A DNA stretch of 63,979 nucleotides, the filler included, from Octopus bimaculoides (Eukaryota): NCBI RefSeq assembly GCF_001194135.2. It is 7 parts of 5 records of this genome, joined end to end, with 100 filler letters (N's around TTAATTAATTAA, not from the genome) between each part and the next. Parts side by side here need not be neighbours in the genome. Positions count along the whole stretch, not along the records: positions 1 to 20,342 come from NC_068996.1; 6 more parts are not named here. One strand, 5' to 3'. A program made the translations under genes and the position numbers. The notes beneath the pieces were generated by a model. The model was not told the origin of the DNA, searched no databases, and saw nothing but the letters and a program-made list of their open reading frames with translations. Positions 1 to 12,724 of the stretch are shown piece after piece (position 1 is the stretch's first letter; the number at the start of each line of letters is the position of its first letter).

Positions 1-239
1 ATATATATATATATATATATATATATAGGTACGCAAAATAGGTACAATGGTTCTTGGAAGTGTATATACTTAACAAAATGAATGCATTAACGCTAGAGAT
101 ATGTAGAACATACCAAAAAGTGTTTCAATTTAGGTTTGCTTCCAATGTTAGTGAACTGTGGAATAAGTTAAGAAATGAAGATTTCAAACTCCGACTTCCG
201 TTGAATAATCCTGAGCAAGATATTGCTTTCAATGATAGA

Positions 240-1232
240 AATATGTTGTTCAGCAAAAATTTTTTTACTGTGCATTTCTTAGCAACACGGCTTTGTTGCA
301 TACTCTAGAATTAGTGAATATAAGGGAGCTGAACAATATCTTCACTGAAATAATAACCTAAACTTTTGATACGGACCAACAGGATCAACGTTGTGCATAT
401 TTCATTGTCATTGAAAAAAATTAACAATAACCTTTGCCTGGCTAAAGTTCGCCAAGAAAATAAAATAGATCGAGCTATTAATTCTCGGATTACAGCATCA
501 TCCGATTGCCCATTCAGAGATGATCCTGTTTATAATATAAACAAAGATATCAGTTGTCTGAGACGAATGTAATATAGGTTACAAAAATTTTTTGAACCTG
601 TGAATACAATGTTACGAGACATGAGAAATTGTAATTCCATGAGATATGAAACAGAGCAATTTTTGACGGGTATTTCGTTCTGCTTCTTCCCGTGCATTCG
701 GTAGTTAGGGCCTGCAAAGCCCACGCCCTTATGGCATCGTAGAAACACGATTGTTTTGCATGCTCTGGAATTGGAATTCATCGTGGGCATTCTTATGTCC
801 CAACGCACCTTGTCCTCCTCATGTCCAGTCAAACGTTAGAGTACATCATACAATAAATGTCCTTACACACCTCGACCAAGCCATGCAAAGGCGACAATAA
901 AGCCCCTTCCCTATCTGTTGCTGCTTCTCTTTTCTAATTCTCGTCCATATCTGAATCCGTTTATCTTGTTGATTCTTCCGTCACTAATTCGGAGCGTGCA
1001 GAACGGCTACGAGGGACGAACTACCGACTGCAGATTACAATTTACTTTTTCGTTACTACAAAATTTTTGTGGAACTACAATTTTCTCCAATTGGGTGATC
1101 CTACATGAACGATAAAGTGGAGCTGATAATCGGGAAGTTAATCCTCAGTTGTGAATTCCAATTCTAGAGTATGCAACAAAGCCGTGTTGCTAAGAAATGC
1201 ACAGTAAAAAAATTTTTGCTGAACAACATATT
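240..1232. repeat. 73-bp inverted repeat pair (240-312 and 1160-1232) bracketing ~850 bp
   Basis: 240-312 (AATATGTTGTTCAGC...TACTCTAGAATT) is the reverse complement of 1160-1232; homology stops abruptly on both sides. Confidence 0.85.
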
Positions 1233-2068
1233 TCACATTCATAACCTTCTGGTTTTCTTACAAATAGTTAAAAGAAAGTTTCCTGTAAATTTTAAAATTA
1301 TATGTACAACGTATATTTAGCAGTAAAGTCTCAATATACATTTACAAATATATCTAAGATATATTCCAGATATTGTAAGTAGGCGCAGTCTAAATGTACT
1401 GCTTTACTGGTAGGTGAGGTTTTATGTGGAAACGCTTTCTTTTCAAACGAGTGACGACTTTAGTAGGTCGTCCCTCTTTGTTTTCTTTCAATGTTTCTCT
1501 TGTGTGCCGCCTGCATCGCTGCCGATACTGTTGATCAGAAAGCCTCGGATTGCCGCACGCGGGTCGAGACCTGGATGCTCGGTGCCATCTCATTTCATTT
1601 CGTAACCACAAAGCAATATATTGTACGGCCTGATTTCTTCGTTTTCTTACATTGCAGTAGTTGTCGAAGACAACGATGAGCGAAGACGTCGAAATGGCCA
1701 ATCAACGTTTACTCCTACATATGTTTGCGACCAATGTTGGTACCAAGTCTAAGCCAATCTCCGGAAATAGACCTAATAATCGACGAAATGAATATTCTTG
1801 TCGGGGAAATGTTGAACAGGTATGGTCAATTAATTTCCACTAGCTTTAGAGATTATAGTTCCCAGACATTTCAGTGCACACAGAAAATCTTATGAATGTG
1901 AAGTCAGTTGCTATTTAGAAAATGCAAAGTTTTTGACATGTTATTTGACTTATTACATCGTAAAAAAATTCATGAACAAAAATTAAAATAATGTATTTTT
2001 GAAAATAACCATATATCTATTTCGATGTACAAGACACCAGAAAGATTGGAACAGAATGAAACCCACAA

Positions 2069-2102
<34 letters not shown>

Positions 2103-2202
2103 NNNNNNNNNNNNNNNNNNNNNNNNNNNNNNNNNNNNNNNNNNNNNNNNNNNNNNNNNNNNNNNNNNNNNNNNNNNNNNNNNNNNNNNNNNNNNNNNNN
2201 NN

Positions 2203-5200
2203 GCTTGAGTAGACCCGAAGGAAATCGGGTTATAATACCGAAATAAGTACAACAATAAAAATTATGCTATTTTAATCTCGAGTAACGCCGGGTATCTCCA
2301 CTTGTCTACTATACATTTGTGAAAAGAGTGGACGTTGTCTCACAAGCAGTTGTGCAGGCAAAAGTGTTAGTAAATGTGGTCAGATTAGCCTGAAAATTTG
2401 CACAACTATACTAAAACTCTTGGGGAGTTTGCATGGCAACTTTGAGTTTCCTGAATGGAACGACGTGGCCTCTAGGGCAAAATTCTTCATATTTAAAATG
2501 TGGTTCGAGTAGACCCGAAAGAAATCTTGATTATAATACCAAAACAAATACAACAATAAAAATAGGCTATTCTTACCCGTGCAACGCCGGGTATTTCTGG
2601 TTGTCTAATGTATTGGGTTGTCCGGAAAGTTCGTGCCGATTTATAGCAGCTTACCTTTCGACTTATTTGCCATGAAACCACCTCAATTCTGGGAAGAGGA
2701 TATTTTCAAGTTAAAGGAAAGATGGAGACGCATTGTGCAACAAAATGCTTCATATTTGGTTGATTAAAAATGTAATGGCAAGTATTTATTGACCTTTTTC
2801 TTTCCTTTAAAAATCAGCACGAACTTTCCGGACAACCCAATATATTTGTGAAAAAGGTGGACGTCGTCTCACAAGCAGTTGCGCAGTCAAAAGTGTTGGT
2901 AAATGTGGTCGGATTAACCTAAACTTTTGCACACCTATTTTTAAAGTGCTGGGGACTTTGCATGGCACTTTGAGCTTACTCAATTCAAAGGCGTGGCCTC
3001 TAGGGCAAAATTTCTCATCCTTACAATGTGGCTACAATAGACCCGAATGAAATCGGCTTATAATTTTCTCTATATTTGTGAAACGGTCGGACGTTATCTC
3101 ATAAGCAGTTGTGCAGGCAAATGTGTTAGTAAATATGGTCGAATTGACCTGACAATTTGCACACCTATGCTAAAACTGCTGGGCAGTTTGCATAGCAACT
3201 TTGAGTTTGCTCATTTGAAATGCGTGGCGTCTAGGGAAGATTTTCCCATCTTTCAAATGTGGATCGAGTAGACCCGAAAGAAATCGTGTTATAGAAACGT
3301 AATAAGTACAACAATAAAAATTAAGCCATTTTGATCCCGTACAACACCGGGTATCTCTGCTTGTCTACTATATATTTGAGAAAAGGGCGGACGTTGTCTC
3401 ACAAGCTTTTGTGTAGGCGAAAGTGTTAGTAAATGTGGTTGGATTAACCTGAAAGCTTACACACCTATGTTAAAAGTGCTGGGGAGTTTGCATGGCACTT
3501 TGAGTTTGCTCAATTCAAAGGCGTGGCCATCAGGGCAAAAACATTTTCTCTTCGATTGATTTAGGGGTGTGGAGGTCGTGTTTGTTTGCGTGATTTAACT
3601 AAAAACGCGTGACTGCATGATCCTCAGGCTGTTTTGTATCAAATGCATGCAAAAAGTTTTGGAAATTTTCGCAAACAGGACAAAATTTATTCAAAGAACT
3701 TTTACTGGTCACTTTTTTTTTTTGTTGCAGCTGCTTAAATCTTATTGGGTGTTTGCTTCTGCCATTTTGCATTTTTCCAAATAATAATGGTACATGCATG
3801 TAGAGTGTGAATAGATATATTTTTCACATTTTAAATCCAGAGGAATTTTAATCCCGGGCAAGGCCGAGTATCTCTGTAAGTCTACTATATATTTGTGAAA
3901 CAGGCAGACGTCGTCACACAAACAATTGTGCGGGCAAAAGGTTTAGTAAATGTGGTCGAATTGAGCTGAAAATTTGCACACTTATGTTAAAAGTGCGAGC
4001 GAGTTTGTATGGCAACTTTGAGTTAGCTCAATTGAAAGGCGTGGCCTCTAGGCAAAATTCCTCCTCTTTAAAATGTGGCCTGATTTGACCCGAATGAAAT
4101 CGGGTTATAATACCAATACAAGTAAAACAATAAAAAATTATACCATTTTAATACCGTGCAAGGCCGGGTATCTCTGCAAGTCTAATATATATTTGTGAAA
4201 ATGGCGGACGTTGTCACACAAGCAGTTGTGCAAGCAAAAGTGTTTGTAAATTTGGTCTCAGAAGCAGTTGCACAGTCAAAAGTATTAGAAAATGTAGTCG
4301 GATTGACCTGAAGATTTGCACATCTATGTTAAAAGTGCTGGTGTCCTTGCATGATAAATTTGAGTTTGCACTATTGAAAGGCGTGGCCTCTGGGACAAAA
4401 TTCTTCAGCTATATAATGTGCCCGTGTTGACCCGAATGAAATCGGGTTATAATCGACTATATATTTGTGAAAAGGGCGGACGTTGTGTCACAGGCACTTG
4501 TGCAGGCAAATGTTTTAATAACTTTATTCGGATGAATCTGAAAATATTCACACCTATGTTAAAAGTGCTGGAGAGATTTCATGGCAACTCTGAGTTTGCT
4601 CAATTGTAAGGCGTGGCCTCTAGCTAAAAGTTCCTAGCTCCAAAATCTGGCCCGAGTAGACTCGAATAAAATTGGGTTATAATCAAATATATATTTGTGA
4701 AAAGGGCGGGTGTGCTGGAGAGTTTGCATGGCGTTGAAAGGTGTGGCCGCTAGAGCTAAATTCGTCATCTTTAAAATATGACCCGAGTAGACCCAAATGA
4801 AATCGGGTTATATTCTACTATATATTTGTGAAGAGGGCGGACGTTATCTCACAAGCAGTTGTGCAGGCAAAAGTGTTAGTAAATGTGTTCGGAATGACCT
4901 GGAAATTTGCACAAAATGTGCTGGGGAATTTAATGGCAACTTTGAGTTTGCTCAATTGAAAGGCGAGGCCTCTATGGCAATCTACTGTATATTTGTGAAA
5001 GGCGGACGTTGTCTCACAAGCAGTTTCGCAGGCAAAAGTGTTAGTAAATATGGTCAGACTGATCTGAAAATTTGCACTCATATGTTAAAAGTGCTGGGGT
5101 GCTTGCATGGCAAATTTCAGTTGTTCAATTGAAGACGTGGCCGGTAGGGCAAAATCCTTCATCTTTAAAATGTGACCCGAGTAGACCCGAATGAAATGAA

Positions 5201-5975
5201 AAGAGCGGACGTTATCTCAAAACTAGTGGTGAAGGCAATGTGGCCGGAGTTAACCGTAATGAAATCGGGTTATAATACAAGTACAACAATAATCTATTTT
5301 ATATTTGTGAAAAGGGCGGACCTTGTCGCAGAAGCACTTGTGCAGGCGAAACTGTTAGTAAATTTGGTCTGATTGACTTGAAAATTTGCACATCTATGAT
5401 AAATGTGCTGGGAGTTTGCATGGCAGCTTCGAGTTTGCTCAATTGAGAGGCGTGGCCTCTAGGCTAAAATTCGTCATCTTTAAAATGTGGCTCGAGTAGA
5501 TCCGAATGAAATCCGATTATAACACATAAACACATATAAAAATAAAAATTATGCCATTTGAATCCTCTGCAACACCGGGTATCTCTGATTGTCTACTATA
5601 TATTTGTAAAAAGGACGGACGTTTTCTCATAAGCAGTTGTGCAGGCAAATGTGTTAGTAAATATGGTCGAATTGACCTGACAATTTGCATACCTATGCTA
5701 AAACTGCTGGGCAGTTTGCATAGCAACTTTGAGTTTACTCATTTGAAATGCGTGGCGTCTAGGGAAGATTTTCCCATCTTTCAAATGTGGATCGAGTAGA
5801 CCCGAAATAAATCGTGTTATAGAACCGTAATAAGTACAACAATAAAAATTAAGCCATTTTGATCCCGTACAACACCGGGTATCTCTGCTTGTCTACTATA
5901 TATTTGAGAAAAGGGCGGACGTTGTCTCACAAGCTTTTGTGTAGGCGAAAGTGTTAGTAAATGTGGTTGGATTAA
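2203..5975 (+). mobile_element. Tandem array (satellite) of ~300-bp non-autonomous Helitron-like units
   Basis: Units begin TCTACTATATATTTGTGAAAAGGGCGGACG and end CCCGTGCAACGCCGGG-TATCTCTG-CTAG-like (hairpin, 8-nt spacer, CTRR). Full junctions at 2305, 2604, 3364, 3881, 4181, 5592 and 5892; 3881-4180 and 5592-5891 are each 300 bp; several units are truncated. Bounded by N gaps. Confidence 0.8.
2613..2840 (+). mobile_element. Internally deleted mariner element (MITE-like) inserted in an array unit
   Basis: 24-bp perfect TIRs TTGGGTTGTCCGGAAAGTTCGTGC (2613-2636 / 2817-2840) with TA duplication. 2672-2767 encodes MKPPQFWEEDIFKLKERWRRIVQQNASYLVD*, matching the mariner transposase C-terminus pattern. 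Confidence 0.9.
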
Positions 5976-7256
5976 NNNNNNNNNNNNNNNNNNNNNNNNN
6001 NNNNNNNNNNNNNNNNNNNNNNNNNNNNNNNNNNNNNNNNNNNNNNNNNNNNNNNNNNNNNNNNNNNNNNNNNNNNNNNNNNNNNNNNNNNNNNNNNNNN
6101 NNNNNNNNNNNNNNNNNNNNNNNNNNNNNNNNNNNNNNNNNNNNNNNNNNNNNNNNNNNNNNNNNNNNNNNNNNNNNNNNNNNNNNNNNNNNNNNNNNNN
6201 NNNNNNNNNNNNNNNNNNNNNNNNNNNNNNNNNNNNNNNNNNNNNNNNNNNNNNNNNNNNNNNNNNNNNNNNNNNNNNNNNNNNNNNNNNNNNNNNNNNN
6301 NNNNNNNNNNNNNNNNNNNNNNNNNNNNNNNNNNNNNNNNNNNNNNNNNNNNNNNNNNNNNNNNNNNNNNNNNNNNNNNNNNNNNNNNNNNNNNNNNNNN
6401 NNNNNNNNNNNNNNNNNNNNNNNNNNNNNNNNNNNNNNNNNNNNNNNNNNNNNNNNNNNNNNNNNNNNNNNNNNNNNNNATAAAGTATGGGGGTCTAGTT
6501 CACAGGGGATTAGGGACGTTAGGTAGGTGCTGTAACGTATTACTGTTGTTCCAAGGTTATTGCCGAGACAGTAGTTATGGAACCGTTGAAGATTTCCGAT
6601 GCAGGGACTATGTAATTGTTAAACGAGACGTCAATCATTAAGGCAAGTCAAACATCTCAATTCTTGTACAATATTATTATAGGAAGAAATTCAAAATCTG
6701 ATAGCTCTTTCTGGGATATCTTTGATTATAGGATATTCCGTCATCAGAGATAAATGGGGGGGGGGGGTATGGAAAATCAGAAGAATGGTATATATTAATA
6801 AGATGATAACATCTCTATGTAAAAGAATAAGGAGATGGAAAGAGAGAAGAAAAAGAATCATAAAAGTTCATAGTTCAACTTTCCGAAGCATGAGTCCTTA
6901 GGTGCAATCCTGCGTAGATCCATGAACGTAAGTCCCTATGTGCAATCCTGCGTATATCCATATGGGTTAAAGTAGACATCCCAAGAAAAAGACGCGAACA
7001 TATCAACATTCAATAACAGAATGGTAGCGGAAGTGGCTATTAAGTGGTAAAAGTAAAAAAAAAAAGAAAAGAAAGGGAAATAGACGTAGATAGAATGCGG
7101 TGGGGGGGATTTTAAGCATTGGCTATAAGATAAAGTAAGATGCATATGTGTATGGTGTCTAAGAATTGTGGGTAAATTTCAGTATTAACACCTGCACGAT
7201 TTTCACTAAGAAAAAATAAATAAAACTCGGATTTTTTGCGTGGAATCAAGTACCCT

Positions 7257-7833
7257 GACCTCAGGTTCTTTCGTATCAAATGCATGCAAAAGGTTTTGGA
7301 AATTTTCGCAAACAGGACAAGANNNNNNNNNNNNNNNNNNNNNNNNNNNNNNNNNNNNNNNNNNNNNNNNNNNNNNNNNNNNNNNNNNNNGGGTGTTTGC
7401 TTCTGCCATTTTGCATTTTTCCAAATAATAATGGTACCTGCATGTAGAGTGTGATGAGATATATATTTCACATTTTAAGTCCAGAGGAATTTTAATCCCG
7501 GGCAAGGCCGAGTATCTCTGTAAGTCTACATCGTGAAACAGGCAGATGTTGTCATACAAACAATTGTGCAGGCAAAAGTTTTAGTAAATGTGGTCGGATT
7601 GAGCTGAAAATTTGCACACCTATGTTAAAAGTGCGGGCGAGTTAGCTCAATTGAAAGGTGTGGCCTCTAGGCAAAATTCCTCATCCTTTAAGATGTGGCC
7701 CGCGTAGACCTGAATGAAATCGTGTTTTGATACCGAAACAAGTAAGACAATAATAAACTATTCAAATCACGAGAAAGGCCGGGTATCTCTGCTAGTCTAC
7801 TATATATTTGTGAAAAGGGCGGACGTTGTCTCA
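7257..7833 (+). mobile_element. Continuation of the mini-Helitron array (paralogue of ~3620-4215)
   Basis: Same unit sequence; junctions at 7525 and 7796; the latter is canonical GCTAG|TCTACTATAT. Confidence 0.8.
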
Positions 7834-8857
7834 CATGGCCACAATCTAATGATTGAAACAAGTAAAAGGTGAAATGAAGAGTGAGTGTTTTTGTCCACTT
7901 TCACCAGCAGAGGAGAACACTAAAGAAATGGCGCCGCTATTTTTTTATCTGTCTGTCTCTCTCTTTCTCTCTCTCTCTCTAAAAGAACACACACATACAC
8001 ACACTCACACGTACGCGCGCACACACTCCCGCTTGCGTTTAGTCATTCATGTTTCAGATATACCTATTTTTCTAACTTCGTTCAGCTATAAATATACACA
8101 TTTTTTTCGCATAAGCAGAGACAATCTGACAGTGAAGCCATGCGCACACACAAATTCACAGCGAAACAAAAATCATCGACACACCAAGAAAAAGACATCA
8201 CAATGCCTTGCGCTGTATTCCTGTCATATAGCGTCGGAATTTCAGCAAAAACACTGACGCCACTCAGAATTTGTAAATTCATTTCACTATTACTTAGTGA
8301 TATTCACACATCATTTGTACTTTCATTTCACTACAATTCCTTATCAAAAACTTTTCTCATTCTCTTAAGTTATTTTTCTATATGATATACCTATTTTACT
8401 TGCATTACTGTAATTTCATCTGAATTTCATTTTACTGTTACTTACTGATATTTATTATCAAAAAATGTCTCATAAAAAAGACAGTCACCAAAGGAACACC
8501 AAATAAACGCACGACGTGCATCAGAAAACGACGATGAGACAGATATCAGCGACAGAGAAAGAAAGCATCAGAGAAAGAAAGCATCAGAGAAAGAAACCAA
8601 ACATCAACGAAATCACGACTTGCAGCTGATCGTCTTCGAAAAGCATCACATCGTATGCAAGAAACAACACAAGAAACTGTAAACAGACTTGCAGATAGCC
8701 AACAAACATTGATATTGATCTTTCTTGCACTTCAGTTATTGTATAGTTTTCTCTTCTAAAAATGCACACATACAGGAGGAGTAAATTATATATATATAAT
8801 AATACATTCAATGTGGCTCCCGATAAACAGTAAAGTAATTACTCCATCAACTGCTAG
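7796..8857 (+). mobile_element. Longer Helitron-like element with degenerate RepHel N-terminal remnant
   Basis: Starts with the array 5' end (TC), diverges after ~40 bp. 8465-8745 reads, with frameshifts, ARRASENDDETDISDRERK...SRLAADRLRKASHRMQETTQETVNRLAD, like the charged ET..RL..R repeats at the N-terminus of invertebrate Helitron proteins. CTGCTAGT at 8851-8858 but no clear hairpin. Confidence 0.45.
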
Positions 8858-9538
8858 TACACCCCCCACACACACACACATTACGTATAATAAAACACAA
8901 TACATGTCTCATCGGTCAGATGAGAGTAAAATGACAAGCGGAGTGGGAGTGAGTGACACTCAGAGGCACTAAATGAAATCAAAGTGTAGTAAAAGGTTTT
9001 GTTGTGAAGTCGCTAGTATTTTAATCAATATTTGTCTAGGTAGGTATGCCCATAAACGTGTGTGCTTGTGTGTGTGAGTGTACGACTGTAAGTTTCATTG
9101 TTAAGCTGAGAAAAAATCTAAAGAAGAAAATTACCTAAATATACAAATAGATAGGTAAACAACGAGTTTGTATGTTATTGGTGTTTCTGTGTGTGAGTGT
9201 ACGATAGTGTGTTTCACTTTTCAGCTAGAAATAATAATAAATCTTTTTACAATTGACGAACAAAAAAAGAAAAATGAAAGAGATAAATCAACGAGTTTGT
9301 GATTGGTGATGGATACCATCTCCGAAATATCGCTGAAAAGAATTGTAATATGCGTCAGCAGAGCGCTCAGTCGGCATTTAAGAGTTACTGGGTTCGATTC
9401 TCTGTAAACACCGACTGGAAACTTTTTAGTGGCGGTGCCCTGGCATGGTCACAGCCTTTTGGCTGAAATGCATAAAACAAAACATGTGTGCTGTCCTACC
9501 AATTTTCGTTTTCATATTAAATTCCGATATAATTATAA

Positions 9539-9744
9539 GGCGGTGATCTGGCAGAAACGTTAGCACGCCGGGCGAAATGCTTAGCGGTATTTCGTCTGTC
9601 TTTATGTTCTGAGTTCAAATTCCGTCGACTTTGCCTTTCATCCTTTCAGGATCGTTAAATTAAGTACCAGTTTCGTAGTGGGGTCGATCTAATCGATTGG
9701 CCCCCTCCTCCAAAATTTCGAGCCTTGTGCCTAGAGTAGAAAGG
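9539..9744 (+). mobile_element. SINE-like element (family GGCGGTGAGCTGGCAGAA...), full length with TSD
   Basis: B-box-like GAGTTCAAATTCC; flanked by a 23-bp duplication ATTAAATTC(C/T)GATATAATTATAA (9516-9538 / 9745-9767). Related copies at ~20160-20320, 34545-34685, 40471-40662, 46490-46680, 51600-51997 and 52560-52720. Confidence 0.85.
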
Positions 9745-9750
9745 ATTAAA

Positions 9751-10200
9751 TTCTGATATAATTATAATCTACACACCCTGGAAGGTAGTCATAGATAATT
9801 TCATTAAAAAAATACCCTGTTTTCTAGAAGTTATGAAGAAAAAAATCCGATTTGAGTGAATTTCGAAACTCCTCTCCCCACTTCGAAAAACTTTATTTCA
9901 CAACGAATTCCGATATAATCAGAATCTGCACTATCTGAAGCGTATTTGTAGAAAATGTCATGAAATAATATCCATCTCTCTAGAAGTTACGAAGTTACAA
10001 AATGAGGGGCACAATTGTTTAGATATGCCCAAAGATGAATTTTTCGAAACTCGGAAAATTTTTATTCACAACAAACTCCGAGGTAATCAGAATCTACACC
10101 ATCTGAAACGTTTTTATTGAAAATTTCATTTAAAAATATCCATTTTCAAGAGATTATGAGGAAACTAAGCCGGTGGGGCACAATTGTATAGGTACGCCTG
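9751..10200 (+). repeat. Diverged ~160-bp tandem repeat, about 3 units
   Basis: Recurring ATTCCGATATAATCAGAATCT...CTAGAAGTTA(C/T)GAAG motif near 9751, 9907 and 10075. Confidence 0.55.
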
Positions 10201-11629
10201 CATGAACTTGTTTATCAAGTATTTAAAAGTGTGAGTGGGGAGCGGTAGGGCATGCACTACACGTCCGTATAATCGACATACGAAGAGCTGCATCTGGAAC
10301 AAAAGAAAACTGTGGTAGGTAAGATGTTTTCAATTTAGTTCGAAACAGTTAACCATAGAATATTGCATGTCATCTCATAATATGTATAAGTTTGTGTTTA
10401 TATTATAAGAAGGGTTACGAAGCTGTCGATGCTTTTGTTTTGTAGGTTGCCCTTTGGTAAATATCACTATGATGAAAAATTAGGAGAGTAAGAACTGCAT
10501 AGGTTTCACTATGAATCTCACTTGGGAGTGGCCATTTACTCTGGTGAGTGAACATGGAAAAGGTGAGCAGGACAGCCCCGCTGTCATCCAGAAATAGTAG
10601 GGATTAGGGAATGGAGGATTTAGAAACAAAAGGCATAGTGCTAATGGCTTACTGAATGAGTGCGGTTTTGAAAAACAGCTCTTGCTGATATTTTTTCAAG
10701 GAGAAAAGTGTCTGGATTTGACGTCAAGTTCTTATTAGAATGGGTAGGTTTCAAAAATTAACATTGTATGTCAATTCTCCGTCTTTATAACCATTCTTTA
10801 TTTATGTAAGACAGTGCTTCGCAATCGGGGTCCATATGGCGTTTGGGGCTTCATTATATGATTTTGTTGTAAAAACATTGTGCGTAATAAATTGTTTTTA
10901 CTTACATACGCACAAATCTGTGTTGGCGGAATTCTGGTTTAAGCACCCCATATAACCCCTCATAGCTTTTATATTTTGGGGAATTTTCAGAAAATGTTTG
11001 CGAAATTGTGTTCTTTGTTTTTTTAAAAGAAGTTTTAAAACCCGTCCCTCCCCATAAATATTAAAACTTCCTCTCTTTTTCAAATATTAAAAAATCCTAG
11101 TTTAAAATATGAACAAAACTAATTTTTTTGCTTAAATCTCAGCGATGGACCACGCTTGGACGCATCATCATTCCATAAAATGTGTTTATAGGAAGAAAGA
11201 TATTGAAATATGTGAGAGTGACAAAGAAACGAGGAAGGTAGCACGTGGTCGTGAGATGTGCTAAAAACAACAGCTGCATTGCTTTTAAATCACACACACA
11301 AATTTTTATTTATTTTCATAGTCGTATGAATTCCTGTGAGGGTCTGTATGAGGTAGTTAAACCAGAATTCCGCCGAATATTTATTTGTTAAACACCAAAA
11401 TTTATCCAGATATTTTATTAGCAGCCTCAATTGCAATCGGGCAAAGGAATAATTTCTTGGATGAAAGAGTAATCTGTTACCTGACTACTTTTCAGACTTT
11501 CTCAGCTATGCTTTCTCAATACACATTTTCACTCTCAAAATGATGATGCAATACTTACACTATAATGAGGTCAAACAGATAGTGAGAAATCGAGGTATTA
11601 GAAATTATTCATTTTATCCCGGTTACTAA

Positions 11630-12685
11630 TTTTGCCAACCAAAGTGTTATGGATCTAGTACTAAGCAATCATGCTAACATTATCCATAACATCATAGTGG
11701 AAAGAACCCTCCTATCCGATTTGTAACCTCAATTTTCAGCATCCAAAAATATGGCATAACTCCAGTGCACCCATTTGATAATATGAATTTACACAAGTCA
11801 AACTGGAGTGCGATCACTTAAGACTTATTGCAAATGGACTGGTCATTCACCCTTGCACAAACGCATAGCAACTATCTGAGGACACAGTCACCCACATATG
11901 CTCAAAACAAACACTCTCACGACTCATAAATAACAGTCTATGCAGGATTCTAAAACAGAAAAGCGCTCATCAGGAGAATAAGAAGAATAAACCGAAAAAT
12001 CAATACACTAAAATATACATCGGCATCACGCCCAATCGAGAACATTAACAACCTTAGAATCAAAGAAGCAACAGCTGCAGGACTGTATAAGAACTCTCAT
12101 AAACGACCAAAGAGCTGCAGAGGAAGCCTGGGCTATAAAAAATATCAAGAATAATCCTAGTTTTTACTCCTTTGCAAAGACACATAGGACCACAATTTCC
12201 TCTATCAGGCCACTGGTTGACGGAAACAGTATCCTTCACAGTGATGCCACTGACATGGCTGAGATCCTGCAAAGTCAATGCTGCTCTGTCTTCAGTGACC
12301 CTGATTCAGTTGACTCAAGCAGCTATGCTTCTGTGAATCCTCAACATGTCCTTTGCGACATAACCTTTGACGCTACTGACATCCCAGCAAGCAATAAAAG
12401 AAATCAAACCTGATTCAGCAGTGGGTCCAGACAGGTTCCCTGCTAGAGTGCTGAAGGTGTGCAGACAGCAACTTGCAGCTCCTCTTGCAAATCTCTGGAG
12501 GATCACTGGATGCCGGTTTTATTCCCCCAAATTTTCTCTCCCAGGCAGTCGTTCCTATCTTTAGCCAATATCTTTAGCCAATAACAACTTTCTGCTTAGT
12601 GTTCGAAATAATTAATTAAAAAACTCTTCCACGTGGTGCTATTGAGTTAGTCATTGCATGGGCTGATAATGGCTGAAACCAATCT

Positions 12686-12724
<39 letters not shown>

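Noticed and set aside
1680-1895. LIIDEMNILVGEML resembling a Pif1 Walker B motif
   Set aside because: Isolated motif with no Walker A or other helicase motifs nearby; would need tBLASTn support.
2203-7833. CRISPR-like interpretation of the repeated array
   Set aside because: Eukaryotic context, ~300-bp homologous units without unique spacers, and no cas genes.
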